A stretch of 64,000 nucleotides of DNA from positions 1-64,000 of the forward strand of contig NMRA01000030.1 of the NCBI GenBank assembly GCA_002633005.1, in the 5' to 3' direction. The notes under the pieces were generated by a model, which made no database searches, was not told the origin of the DNA, and was given only the letters and a program-made list of their open reading frames with translations. Positions 23,659-37,748 of this stretch are shown here, one piece after another. Made by a program: the position numbers and the translations under genes. Within the stretch, counting starts at the first letter, position 1. Each line of letters begins with the position of its first letter. The DNA comes from Phoronis australis. Its lineage: Eukaryota > Animalia > Phoronida.

Positions 23659-24036
23659 TGTCTTGTACTATACATTGCTGTTGACTTGTCATGTTGTGAT
23701 GGTGACACACAATGTCTTGCACTATACATCACTGTTGGCTTGTCATATTGTGATGGTGACACACAATGTCTTGCACTATACATCGCTGTTGGCTTATCAT
23801 ATTGTGATGGTGACACACAATGTCTTGCACTATACATCGCTGTTGACTTGTCATATTGTGATGGTGACACACAATGTCTTGCACTATACATCGCTGTTGA
23901 CTTGTCATATTGTGATGGTGACACACAATGTCTTGCACTATACATTGCTGTTGGCTTGTCATATTGTGATGGTGACACACAATGTCTTGCACTATACATT
24001 GCTGTTGGCTTGTCATATTGTGATGGTGACACACAA
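23659..24036. repeat. 54-bp minisatellite, ~7 copies
   Basis: Unit TGTCTTGCACTATACATCGCTGTTGACTTGTCATATTGTGATGGTGACACACAA. It generates the four overlapping repetitive ORFs here. Confidence 0.95.
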
Positions 24037-27000
24037 TCTCACAAGTAAAATGTAGAAGTGTTTTAGTTGTGATCATCTGGTTGAACAAATGGTGAGATAG
24101 TAGCTGTTGTTACCCTATTAAGTAATTTAAAGTGCTTCCAAGCTCGGTTGGGTAACATGTGTGTATTGTTTTGTTTGAAGTATTCCTAATGCTCAGATGT
24201 GTTGATGACTTCTTAAGCATACACCGTGTGGCGTTACTGTCTCGTCCACATGTTTGCTCGCCTAAAACTGTCAAACAACTTGTTGTGGAAACCGTTGACA
24301 TTTTATGAGAGAATGTATGAGAAAGGCAAGCAGAAGAAACGAAGTTATCAAAAGTAGAAGTCGTTTGGCATAATGCTTTTGATGTGTGATATTAAGGTAA
24401 TGTCGTGCTTTTTCGTCTGAAATGTCGTACGTGGAGACAATCTGACCGAATCTAAGTAAGATGGTACATACTAGTATTGACTTACTAAGAAAATGGATGC
24501 TTATGTAAAAGTCCTACACTAGGATCTAGTCTTCACCTAAAAACTTTAAAATTTCGTTGTTTCATGTATGTGTTCACCTTCTTGTAATTTTTGATTTGTG
24601 CTTTCAACTGAATTTTTCATTTGCGTTGAAAGACATTAGTGGTCCATTGCCAAACTAAGAGTGGGTAAAGGGAGACAACTTTTTGGTGTTCCGACGTCTG
24701 GGCAGGGATCACCTGTGTACTGAATACTTGGGTATTCAAACTGTGCATTTCTGACAAAATTTCTTGTGGGGCTCTGCTATGTCGATTTGAAATGTTGAAA
24801 CAAGCCTACGAATCGGATTGTAGTTTAGTATAATGGTAAAAAATTACCAAATGGTCTTGTTTTCAAGATTTGCATGAGACTCTAATTCTCATGAAGTCTG
24901 GTTTAGATACTTATTGAACAAATGGTTGCCTGCCTTGTATCATTTGAAATGATCAATTTAAAACATGTCTCTTGTTGTGAGAAGAGTGTGTCTTTTTTGC
25001 AGGCTTATTTATTCGAGAGGGTGTTAGTGAATCTAAGAAGAGATTTAGCCAAAATGAAGGTATCTTACTTTTTAAAAGACCCAGGCAAAGTTTTTAAGAG
25101 CACTTTTAAAAAAGCTCTGTAGCGTGGCAAGTGACGGCCATGATTACTGTACCATAATGCACTGCTTCAAATGCGAGAATTTCGTCAACCCCTCCCCCTC
25201 CTCTCTCCATATCAACTTCACAAAAAACAGACCAGATCCAACTATGTTCTTTTTGACTTTACACATTTTATGAGTAGGGACTCGTTTCTGTCAGATAAAT
25301 TCTATAAAGCTGCAGTAAAATGAGTCTATGCAGGCCTTATCTTGCGCATGTTAACATGACTAATAGTGTTCCCTCAAGAGTTCATCAATCTACTTAGTAC
25401 TTATTAGTCTTACTGTTACTTTCTACTTATTTCGCTCAAAAATAAAATAATCACCAAAATGTCATTTTTTAATGCCGATTACTTCACTGAAGATAATGAA
25501 AACATTTCCAAAAGTTCTTGTACGACACTTATACGGCAAAACCAGGATTGTGATTGACTAGTTTTCTTAAATTTAATTGTTGCGGAGAAATTTTGACAAA
25601 ATAGAATTTCACTAGTGAGCTATATTGTGCGTTACAGTAAATAATTGAAGAAGTGCTGCATATTGAGACTTATTTCGGCCTGGATTGCTGTACATTTATC
25701 AGTTTCATGATAATGCGACTCGTACGTATGGAAGCAGGTAGTCACGGGTTGAAGGGACAAACTGTTGTGTTTACTTTTGTGCAATGTTACTATCTGTATA
25801 TAATTGACAATAAATTATTTTAAAAGCTCTAATTGTGGTATGGTTAAACTGTTAATCTGACCTAGAGTGCAATCTCCAAGTTAGGCTTGGTACTCATCAA
25901 GCTGTGTTGTACTGAACTTGGTCAGTTTGAGTTTTCACTAAGTTTTGAATATTTTCAATAAATTTCAATTCTCAGTCAACAAAATTAGCTTCGACAAAAT
26001 TATGCTGTTCGACCACCACTCGCATTGTATTCTTTACTACACTGAGAGGGCCAAATGAGGTAGAGTAACGACTAAGGCCAAGCTGGAGGAGGCAGAAACT
26101 GAAATACTGCCAGCTTAGACTATAAACCAATATTCAGTAAAACGAACCTCTACAAAATTCTTCCGAACTCAGTTGAGAAGTGGTCTCCGGGTTCGGAAAA
26201 AGTGCATTTATTTACCACATCCCCTTACTAGAGACCATGATCTGTGCATACCCCGGTATATGACAGCCAATGTGTAGAGTCTGGTCTCGACCAATCGTGA
26301 ATTGCCAGTTCTATCCAAGCCACAAAATCTGATCTATTTAAGATTAATTTCTACATGGGAAATGGCCGTTTCAAAGAAGGAAGTGTCCAATCATTTAGAA
26401 AACGCCACTTTCTGTAGCTGACTTTCAATGGAAGCCCTATGATGAGAAGTACCGACAATGAAACGCATTGGTTTACATGGCTGTTTATTTAACTGTTTAC
26501 AATAGGCATCAAACAAAAACTAAAAGTAAAGCAATAACAGATACATGCTAATAGAATAATGTCTGGCTTCATGGAAACTTAACTTCAGTTTGGTTAAACC
26601 AACAAGTAAACCAGATTATGTGCTTAACCAACCAATAGGACAAGACAATACAGAAAAGGAATTGAGTTAGAGTAAACACAATGAACTTGGTGGTCGTTAC
26701 ATAAAAACTAAGAAACCAAGCACGCGTTCCATAGACGCTAGAAAAGCGTGGAAACACCCAACTTCACGAGATATCCCCATGCATTGCAAGCGAACCGCGT
26801 GATCACAAGAGCTTTACTCGCAAGACGCACGTGCCCAGGCTGTGGACAGGTCATTTCCACTAGAGGGTTAAATGTTGAAGGTTGTATTGCCTGATGAGGC
26901 ACAGTTAACCTGGGGAGTTCAGGGTTGGGTGGTCACCTTTTGCACAGAATGCAGGTAACTGAAGCAGCCATCAGTCAGCACATTAACACATTAAACAATT

Positions 27001-28189
27001 TCACAATGTCAAAGTTCAAGTTGACAAAATAAACATGGAATAGAAACAAACACTCTTGACTAGAATTAAACAACATAATTTATACCTTCATGCACCACAA
27101 GGGGGCGATAGTTACACATACTGTCATTAATAATCAACATTTCAATAATCCAATCGGAGCAAATGCCTTGTAGGTCAGCGCCATCTATTAGGTATGGACA
27201 AAGTAAGTTACTGTACGTCATGTTCATTCAATGAAACCATTGGTCGTCACAATTCTGTAAAGCTACTGCCAATACCCGTTACACCGTTTACACAGAACCT
27301 TTTGACTCAAATTACCCGTTTTCACATTAATTTTCCAGTCTACAAAAACACTTTTCTGACACCAACAATTTCTTCCACATACAAGAAGCAGGCAGGCTAT
27401 TCTGGTACCCGCACTAGTCAAGTAAAGGCAGAACACCAAACAACATAAACTTTTTATGAAAAGTAATGTGTCGGGATCCCAGAGAATAGATTTGGGGGAA
27501 AACAATCTACTTCTTGAATCCAGAGAGTGTGACGCAGACGGTCACCAGCTAGTTACCATGGTAATTGATTTTGAAGAAATTTATGCCCATGTTTACTTCC
27601 TTTTGTTAAAAAATTAATTTTTGGCTGCTTGAGATACAATCAGATTTGTCAACAGCGTTGCTAAGGGTTTCACAATGACATCTCTCACCTTACATCAATT
27701 AAATGAGAACCGGACATCGCCAAGTGTGGCAATACAAATAGTTGCTTCCAGCAGGAAGCTAAAACTTACAACACAGCTTTGCTAATACCAAGAGTATGTA
27801 TCGTACAATCACATCTTAGTCACATCCCGGGATGACATTTTTATGTCTGAAGGGACTTCTGTCCCCACCAGGACTCAACCCCAGGAACTTGTGTAAATCT
27901 TATTGGCATCCCAGTCTCCAGAGCTACAGTTCAATAAGCTTTACAGAAAGATGTTACCTAAACACAGTGAGTGCATAATCTATACTTATCAACAGCATGT
28001 TATAAGACATTAACAGCACATAAAGTCCAAGAAGACAAATACTTTGAAAAAACTGACTCGCAAACTTTTGCGTAGCAACTAGTGGAAGTTGGTTAGCTTT
28101 CAATTTTAACCTTAATATCACATGACGTAAAAAGCATTTAAGTCCCACAAAATCACTATGTAATTATCGCACTTCTGATAAAAAAACTT

Positions 28190-29316
28190 GCTCACCACAG
28201 TGTTCATAACAACAATGCTGTCTATTAGTATCATAAAAAATGGCCACAAGGAGGTGTCGAAATTTGTCGGAAAATGGGAAGGCCTCGTGGTCTCCCTTGC
28301 GAAAACCTATAGGCCAAATTTCATGAAAATCTATCCAGGAACTCTGAAGACACAAAGGGACATGTTAACATAAAAAGAAAAATAAAATTGCAACTAGAAG
28401 ACACAGCAGTACTCATATCCCTCTGAAAGTTGTCGTCATCCATTATCACATTCATAGAAAAACAACTGCCAGAGTTCACAAAGATCCAGCGAGGGGTTAA
28501 GGAGATGTAGTTGAAGACGCAAAAACATTGTCATTAAGAAACGCCACAGTAGAAGGACCTGTCCGAAAACAATATCAGGCGTGGTCTTCCGAGTAGACCA
28601 TATCACACAATTTTCAATATGATCCTTCGAGTGGCTTGGCAGAGAATGAGGTGGCCGCAAAAATCAAACTCGTAAAATTTCATAAAAATCTGTCGAGCAA
28701 CTCCGAGATGTAGACGGTAACATAAAAAACTAAAACTGCCACTTACAGGAGGCACAGTGTCAGTAACATTCATCCGAAAGTCATCATTCGTTGCCAGATT
28801 CCAAGATGAACACTAAATTTTACTAAGATCATGCAGGCCGAGGTTAAAGAGATACGACTGCAGATGCAAAAAAACAAAATTGCCACCAGGGAGCACCGCA
28901 GTAGTTACGCGCATCCGAAAATCAATGTCAGATGTAGTCTTCTGGACAAGTTTGTAGACATAGAGGCAGACTCGTAAATAATAAAAACAGCCAATAGGTG
29001 GCACAGAAAACATCCAATCTGCCTGAAAATGAGAAGGCGCTGTAATCTTCTTCATAGAAACTTATTTGGCAAAGTTCATGAAAATTGTTACGAAACTCCA
29101 AAGATACAGAGGCAAAAGTAACACTAAAACTGCCATTAGGAGGCAAAGCAGTCTAAATCCATCTCAAGTTCATCATAAGTCAACAGCTCCAAAGGAATAC
29201 GTCTGCCAATTTTCATGAAGATACTCCAAGGGGTTTTGGATATGGATGCCGGACACCGGGAAAGAGATGACTGCAGTATGCACCCACAGATACATAATTA
29301 TGTGGGAGAAATTAAA
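28190..29316 (-). mobile_element. Helentron-like element family B copy
   Basis: Subunits with AAAAYTGCCACYAGG...CAC and AAATTTCATGAARATC motifs, as at 52804-54285. Terminal hairpin CCCACA...TGTGGG precedes an A-run at the right end. Left boundary approximate. Confidence 0.5.
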
Positions 29317-29949
29317 AGACTAGACGTTTTACAAAACGAGCAATTTTGGAAGTGAAAAATATTCAAATGAGACCAGAACAAGTTTCAGAGCCCTTACTAA
29401 CCAATGGGGAAAAGTTGCCTGTGCCTTCTGAGAGGTCAATTTTTGTTTGAGTGAGGGTGAACATTCTCCCCTTCAGTCACCACCAATTCCAGCCCCTTAG
29501 CAGTCAACAAAACATTCTGAAGCAGAGGGTCTATGAAAGTTAAGTGTGATTTTTAAGTATTTTTCAGAGGGAAATGGGGATGATAGTCAGCCCCAAAATC
29601 AAGGCATCGAGGAGAAAAAAAATAGTTCAGCACAGGAACAATTTACCAGTGAGAGAAGCCAGAGTTAACAAAAACATCAATTGTTGTTTGGCAATGCATA
29701 AGATGCACGACACCTTTTTCATCCGAAAATGTCGCACCTGGTTGCACCTGAAGATGACCCAACAGGATCTATGTAAGATAATGTGCTATTGTTGGCTTAG
29801 GGTCTGCATTAGCAAAATGTAAAATACAAAATAAGAAAGTCATTAGGGGGTGCATCACAAGTCAAATATGTGTGAAACAAGGATACTACAGCAGCTGGAC
29901 CCATCCGAAAATCTGCATCAGCCACGATCATCTGTAAAGTTTCATTATC

Positions 29950-30058
29950 AGCCTTGAAGCACTTTGGCAAACAGAGGTTGTAATGATCCTTGAAGCATTA
30001 TGGCGGACAGAGGTGGACATGATCCTTGAAGCACTATGGCGGACAGCGGTGGACATAA
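29950..30058. repeat. 36-bp tandem repeat x3
   Basis: CCTTGAAGCA(C/T)T(A/T)TGGC..ACAG.GGT.. repeated three times. Confidence 0.7.
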
Positions 30059-31130
30059 CAATAACCCCAGAATTATAAAAATGGAGATTACAGAGCACAG
30101 AATATGCATGCATGCGTGTATGTGTATATTATATATATGAATGTATATAGTTCAGTAGCAGCCCATCGTTAACACAAACTTTGTTGAAAACACGGTAGCT
30201 TGATACAGTTGCTCATAGCTGCTCACCTGAAGAAAGGAGATTGTTTCGACACTATGAGTGACTCTAAATCAATCTTTCAAACAAAAAGTTTAGTTGTGTT
30301 TTCAACAAAGTATTTAAATACATATACATTTATTGTGTGTGAGACGGTGCGTGCGTGCATCCATGAGTACATAAAAAGGTAGTTCACCAGATATGCGCAC
30401 AGGACGACAGTATCTTTTCAATTTTGCCACAAATTAAATGATACCACAACAGCAATTTTCTTTGACAACATTAGGTCAAATAATATGATTAAACTGTGAT
30501 TTTTAAATAATGAAACATTTGTCACTACCTCTGAAAGACTTAAAGCCCTGTTCAATTTTCTACACTCACACAGACATCTGTTATAAAACAGCAAGCAGAT
30601 TGCACTCCCTCAAAACAGTTGGAGCACTATTCGCACCTCAAGCATAATTTAGGAAATGGTTGCCTCACTTTTCCATTCTGTTTGAAGTCCATGAATGTAC
30701 ACGTCGTTTACTAAATAAGTTGCCAAAGAAGCATTTCAGCACACGCTACATCATATTTCTAAGTACTGTTTGAGGGGTCTATACATTTCAATATAAGACA
30801 TAGTTAAGAAAGTTCGACGTGTAATTAAGTACGTACTGCAGGGACCAAAACCCCAACTTCCAAAATATCTCTTCAACTTTCCCTCATCAAAGATGGCACA
30901 TCGTTTTATCTGAGTTCAAACAACTACAAACTAATAATTAAATAACAAGTGTAAATGTACCTTATATAGACATACTCCTCCTTCCAACATAAACACTGGC
31001 ACAAAACCACCAATAATATTTGGCATGGGTTGTCAACGACATGACTAGTTATACCTTCGTCTCCTTTGCCACCAATCACATAGTCTAACAGGCAATCACA
31101 TGACCACAGACCTTCAATAAATCGCAAAAC

Positions 31131-31207
31131 AGCCAGCGCACTGACCAGCCTACAGCAAGCCAGCGCACTGACCAGCCTACAACTAGCTGGTGCACTGACC
31201 AGCCTGC
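31131..31207. repeat. 27-bp tandem repeat x3
   Basis: GCCAGCGCACTGACCAGCCTACAGCAA-type unit. Confidence 0.75.
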
Positions 31208-31777
31208 AATGTTCCGTCATGCAAAATGAACAAGATACTGATTAATAAATTACAAAACCATATGCCTCTGCCGATAATTTCAGAAAAAGTGGCACACTTC
31301 TTTCATTTGTGTTTTTTTCAGAATTCCAGGACATAATTTTTATCTTCCATTTTCTATAAAAGTTGAGTAATTGGAGTTGGTTGTGTCGCAATTAGACGAG
31401 ACTCACAAAAATATTTTCAAATCAATACAGTACAGATAAACAATCACGTGAAAAATTCTGATTACAGCCAAGAGCTGGCGCGATTCTCCGCTATGATGAA
31501 TGACAGCTGGCAGAATGCTCCGTCATGATAGCCGAAAGCCGACAGAATACCAAGGTCATCTCTATTAGACTTAGTTAAAATGACCCGTTAAGACGAGGAA
31601 AGGGTAATTATTTTTTCTGATTACCTTTGTCAAGTACCGTACGTACGTTTTGGACTAAAAGCTGAGGGCGATCCAGCTAACCACTCAGATAGTAAGTACC
31701 ACACTGTGTTAAGTTTGGGTGCTCACATGATTGCCACGCGATACCTAGCTATAGTGGAGACCTCTTCAGTAGCATGT

Positions 31778-31999
31778 TTACTGCAGAACCACAATATTAC
31801 CGTTCCAGCCACATGAAGCCACGGTACTATTGAGTATGGGATGGAACAAAACATCCACACACGCGTCCAGCCCTGTCGATATCTTGTCCAGCACGCGCGA
31901 TGTTTTGTAATCGTAGAAAACAACATTGCCATCAGCACTTCCTGTCAGGACTTTTGATCCATCCGTACTGATATCGAAGCCAATATTGTAACCTTGCAC
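31778..31999 (-). CDS. WDR25: WD repeat-containing protein 25, coding exon 5 (last)
   Basis: tttaccAG acceptor. VQGYNIGFDISTDGSKVLTGSADGNVVFYDY...HPILNSTVASCGWNG..Q* matches the WDR25 C-terminus. Confidence 0.92.
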   Translation of the reverse strand: MQGYNIGFDISTDGSKVLTGSADGNVVFYDYKTSRVLDKISTGLDACVDVLFHPILNSTVASCGWNGNIVVLQ

Positions 32000-33833
32000 C
32001 TGGTAAAGGAAAAGTTTCACAATTTATTCATGATTTCATGTTGACAATTACAGTTTGTAAGGAATCACAATTAAAAAATAAATGTTAACACCAGAAGTTC
32101 AAATCCCAGGGTCACGTGCTAATAAAATAAGCACATCATTACCTGGATTACTAATTCATAACACCTATAAGCCCAGTCACTACAACATTCACCTGTCACT
32201 GCAATTCACGCTCAAATGCTCCCACGCACAAATGCTCCCACGCTCAAACGCTCCCACCTTGCAAGCTGGAAAGGTCACCTGGTACATTCGATGTCAAATA
32301 CAGTGGATTGACCATCGTCTTTTGATCGTTTATAGTCATTTGGTATATACTATATTCTTATTCTAAATTTATTTATTAAAATAAATTATTTATACTGTGC
32401 TGCACGTTTCATGTCTCCCATTTATTGTTGACTGTTACATGTATAATGTACAGTGCTTTAAGAGTGAGTTCATAAGAACATCAGGCTTAAGAGGGAACAT
32501 GATCGACTATTATCACAGACTTATTGACACGTCTTATTTGAACACCTAGGTGAAAGGATTAATAACTGAAATAATTTTACTTTGAAAAATGAGCCGCTTC
32601 TGTAAAATTGTCCCTCATTCATTTTGGAATAAAATTTTGATTGGTGGTAATGCCAATTTTAGCAAATTTTAGACAAGTGCTGCGAATTACCAGTAGAAGA
32701 AAATTACTTAGTGTTTCTAGCGTGAATATTTCTATGCTAGATTAGTCAGACTACGCACATTAGGTAACTGACTTATCATGATTGTAAGTACCTCATTTCA
32801 AACATATTTTAACTTTGGCTCTTTAGGGCTTATTGAGCAGAGAACATAGGCTATATCCAAGTGCACGCGTACAGAGTGGCCAACATTCCACAAAACAAAG
32901 ATATACCACATCTGAAAAAGGGTTTCTTGGTGCATCAGTTGATGTAAAGATTTCTGTGAATCGTAACCAGCGCAGCCCGTGGCCACCCACTAAACAGAAC
33001 CACAGCTGCCTAATGTTCGCTGGACCCCGGATGGATGTATTAACCATAATTTTCACAATAAAATAATTAAAACTGAATATTAGTCGGTAAATTTATAGCA
33101 CAAAAATAATTATATTGCCATAAACAGTCCCATTGTGATGGTAAATCTTCTGCAGAAGTTTCATTACTACCAAATGTTCTTTACAGCTCTCGTCATAACA
33201 AAATTATAATGTTTTGAAAGTTTGCAACATGGAAAAACACAATGATTTTATTTGATTTTGAATAAATTTTAGTGAAAGTGGTGAAATTAAAATCACATGA
33301 TAAGGTATCCTTTCCAGATTACAATCTAAGTATAATAATCAAATTTCTGACCTCGCTGTAGAAATACTAGAGATGCAATCTTGTAGTGTTTGTACGTTGA
33401 AGAATATTAGTCACGAGTCAAAACCGCCCTTGCATTCGTATTTCAAGAATGATAAAAATGTCCATAAAAACAGAGTCATGCAAACAACATTTGCTGTCCT
33501 TAAACGATGGCTCCTGACACTGAATACTGGACTGGCACGGCACAGGCTAACTCTCGACACCGAACAGTGGGTTGGCATGGTGCGGACTAACTGTCGACAC
33601 AGTGGGTTGGCACAACGCCATTGGATACCTGTCAGTATCGCGAGTTGCGTTACCATTGGCGATTAAAGAAAGGGGTCAGAAAGCAGGATAACTTTTGGAA
33701 GTCGTAACATCAGAGCATTCGTAATCTGGAGAGGATACCGATAGTTCTTACGTCAATAATTGTCGAAGATGGATGAAAGGAATAGATAATTCAATTCAAA
33801 CGAGAGCGTGAAGGAATGATAGATGGGCCTAAC

Positions 33834-33974
33834 CTTGTGTCCCTCAAATCTCTTTTCTTTACTCATTGTGTACGGTCGCTCTGTTGAGAACACAGCCAAG
33901 TAGTCACCGTTTGTTTGAGCGATGAAACGACTCTCCACCGGATGGCACTTCAGTCGGGTACACGTGTAACGCTC
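33834..33974 (-). CDS. WDR25: WDR25 coding exon 4
   Basis: ctgcAG / GTTAGG, 141 nt, phase 0-0. [47 protein letters not shown]. Confidence 0.92.
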
Positions 33975-36900
33975 CTGCAGATAGAACAGCACAAAATATA
34001 AGACCAGCCTTCTTATTTAGCCACCATAATTGTGTGATTACTGGGCACTTCAATAACCATCACACTAAGGCTCTCCAAACCTGGAGTTAAGGACCTATTG
34101 CCAACTTGGGTTGGTCAGTTTTGCCCTCTTATACATGTATATTATCTCAGGTGAGCTACTGCTCTAAGGTAGGTAATGACAGAAATGTCAGCAAACAACA
34201 CACTGTCTAGACAACTACAATTTTCCATCATTTGGAATTTTCTTGGGCTGGTACCCATTTTCCATGTTGCCCAGATTATATTTTTGTACTGAACTTTAAA
34301 TGTGTGGCAGCACCTCCCTTACCCGGCCATATGCATAAGACAATTTGAGCATCACCTGTAATATGATTTGATGCTGATAATGTCAAACTCAACAAAAAAT
34401 GCAACTAAATAATTAAAGCAAGCGAATTCACAAAAAATTATTCTGCACTGTCTGGTGTATCAAGAGAAACGACACGACTGTATTTTTTAATCCAGGTACT
34501 GTCACATACAAGTGCATACTAGGTATTCTTGCTTGAACACCAGTGGGCATATTATTAAAGGTACTAAGTCTGCTCATAGCTAAATGTGGTTGTAACTTCA
34601 TTTAACATGGCTCATTAAGGAGTCACTGTGTACGAAATAAAAATTTAAAAAACAAACTTTTTATCAGCTGCAATGTTCTTGCTTTAATTTCTAAAAACCA
34701 ATACAGCATTTATTAAGCTTTTGCAATAACATGCCTTCAACAGTGTTCACTACAACTAGACTCATGTTCTTTGATAAAGCAAACCCCAGGTGTGACAAAT
34801 AGACAAACTCCCAACAGATGACAGTCTGTGTAGGGCAACAGCTGGTGAGAACACTGTTATACAACTTCACAGTATCATCTACCCAGCAATTGTACATTCT
34901 ATTAAATACTCATCAATGACATCTTATGTACCCCAAGTTCACAGCACATTTATCGCAGGCACCTCATGCACCCCCAGACTCCTGCAACCTGTCACATTTT
35001 CCCCTGTGGATGGGTGGGTGCAGGTAGCAACTGATCGGTGCTAATAGCTTTTGGTACGATGATAGACTGAAGACTGGATTGAGTTAAGCACTTCAATAAT
35101 CTCAGCCGACTGTCGGTTCACAAGTCAACTCAAACAAAACATCCAAATAATGTAATGTCTGTTTTAGTGCTCCAGCCAGTGCTGCAAAGACTTGACTTGT
35201 GATGAATTCTTCAGCCACTTCTAGCAACTATTATAATTGAAAAAAATCGAGGAATCTATCAAAATCAGGAACTAACACCCCTTTTGTGGTGTTCAGTTTT
35301 CTCCCTCCAGATACTCCAGTCATAGACAAAGGCCTGGCAGACAAGGCCAAAATGCCTGCTACCATTGTCAATTTTAGTCTCAGTAATTGATTTTTAAAAT
35401 TGTCTCATTGATCATTCTACATGTCGATTACAGTAGATATTACAGAAACTATATATCCCTAGCGCCCCCCAGTGACCAGGGAAGATATCATGACTAGAAC
35501 ATTAATAGTACTTGACTGTTGTACACAAAACATGCAATGAGACACGCATGAATCCACTAGAGGATGCCATAAAAGAAAACATACTTTTTTCATCATACTG
35601 ATTCAGAAAACTTTCTACAAGCACAGTGACGTTTGTGGGCTAAAAGTCCAACATGACAACCCAATTATGGTAACAGATAGGACCATAACTGTGCAAGGAC
35701 TTATTTTAATTCTTGCATAGAAAAAATAGAGTTTTGGAATTTTTGCTATTTTGGCTTTCCATAGATAACTTTTTAAATACAAGGCACAGGTTTCAGTTGG
35801 TTTCACTACAGTTGCATAAGGACATCAAGGCTAAATGAAGGTATAATTCATTATTTAACCCAATTGTCAAAAGTTGTGTCCTAGTTGTGTATGGGCCCAA
35901 GTACCGAATGTGAATCAAACTTTATGACATTCGCGCACTCAGTTGACATTGTCTGCACATGATCCAGTGTCATCAAGTTCACAAGGCAAACTTTCTCATG
36001 GGAGATAATGCTGATAAGCTATCACTGAACATACAACTGTACACACCATACTACTGTCAAAGTTCATGATGATACAAGACTCCTGACTGAGCAACGCAGT
36101 GCAAGTTAACAACTCACAATCTTAAAAGAGTTCATTCAGCAATTAAGTTTTGGTTTTCATGAAAACGGCATTTTTTAAAGTTTTCTTAGAGCATTTAATA
36201 GGTAATCTTTGATTAAAATGGAGATTCAGCAACAGATTTGTCTTATTTTTCACAAAGTGCTGTTTTTGAGCCTTTTCCTGAAGCACTTGTAATCTCTTTG
36301 TTAACTCATCTACAGTTAAGGGATGATTCACTAGTAAGCTCAGTATTCCCAACCACCCTTGAGACACACAAGTTACGTAACCACTACACTGCCCTGCTGT
36401 TGCGCATTCGCCACTACCTGCAGCACAGTCATGTAAAACCTCCTATTAGGTTTACCATAATATTGTTTACTTGAAGCAGAGATCAGCAATTTTAAATAAA
36501 TGCAAACAATCTCAAGCTGATGTATGACGGTCAAGATGATCCAAAGGCCAGTCTCCATGACGTTCAACTCGCAGCAAGTCTTGGGCGCGAAATTGTACCG
36601 TGTTGATGCCGTTGACAAGCGTGTCCTTTCAATTGTTCACCAAATAGTAGTCGACATTTCCTACACGTACTTCTCAACCCATGATATTACTGAATTTCAA
36701 AATTGTTGTAGTTAAATTTCTAATTCTAGTAAAACGGGACCGATTCATTCACAAAATCCCTTCATGAAAGGTGACATGCATTTTATTGGCTCAGAAAACA
36801 GTTCCTGTCGTCATTTGCTTAACATGAGACCAAGAATGACAAATGAAATGAAAATGGCAGCAATCATCCTACATAGGTACAGTTTCCTGGCTGTCAGATT

Positions 36901-37039
36901 GTACTCTACATAGCATCTGACCGTGTCTTCATGACAGACACTTGCTACTAACTGCAACAGCATGTATTTTTTCTTCTTGAATCTTTAGCATATACTTAGA
37001 AATCTGTGACTGCGATAATGGCCTTAGTTGGTATTAGCT

Positions 37040-37748
37040 GGGAGTGGGCTTTTTAACAAGTATTAGTTGGCAGTGGGTTTTTTAACAATTAGTTGGCAGT
37101 GGGCTCTTCAACAATTATTAGTTGACAGTGGGCTCTTTAACAAGTATTAGTTGGCAGTGGGCTTTTTAACAATTAGTTGGCAGTGGGCTTTTTAACAAGT
37201 ATTAGTTAGACATGGGCTTTTTAACAATTAGTTGGCAGTGGGCTTTTTAACAAGTATTAGTTAGACGTGGGCTTTTTAACAATTAGTTGGCAGTGGGCTC
37301 CTTAACAAGTATTAGTTGGCAGTGGGCTCTTTAACAATAAGTTGGCAGTGGGCTTCTTAAGAAGTATTATTTGGCAGCGGGCTTTTTAAGAAGTATTATT
37401 TGGCAGTGGGCTTTTTAACAATTAGTTGGCAGTAGGCTTTTTAACAAGTATTAGTTAGACGTGGGCTTTTTAACAATTAGTTGGCAGTAGGCTTTTAACA
37501 AGTATCAGTTGGCAGTGGGCTTTTTAACAAGTATCAGTTGGCAGTGGGCTTTTTAACAAGTATTAGTTAGACGTGGGCTTTTTAACAATTAGTTGGCAGT
37601 GGGCTCTTTAACAAGTATTAGTTGGCAGTGGGCTCTTTAACAATTAGTTGGCAGTGGGCTTTTTAAGAACTATTATTTGGCAGTGGGCTTTTTAAGTATT
37701 ATTTGGCAGTGAGCTTTTAACAATTAGTTGGCAGTAAGCTTTTTAACA
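37040..37748. repeat. Compound minisatellite of interspersed ~27/31-bp units (TTAGTTGGCAGTGGGCTTTTTAACAA[GTA]) in a WDR25 intron
   Basis: Directly visible array with variant units (TTAGACGTGGG, AAGAAGTATTATTTGG). Confidence 0.95.

Noticed and set aside
23476-24088. Four overlapping ORFs with 18-aa repeats
   Set aside because: A 54-bp minisatellite lacking stops in several frames; not a credible gene.
19490-26900. Other CTGATGA hammerhead cores (~19492, ~26892)
   Set aside because: No downstream stem II plus GAAA.
27860-27930. Further tRNA-SINE head on the minus strand
   Set aside because: B box too degenerate to call.
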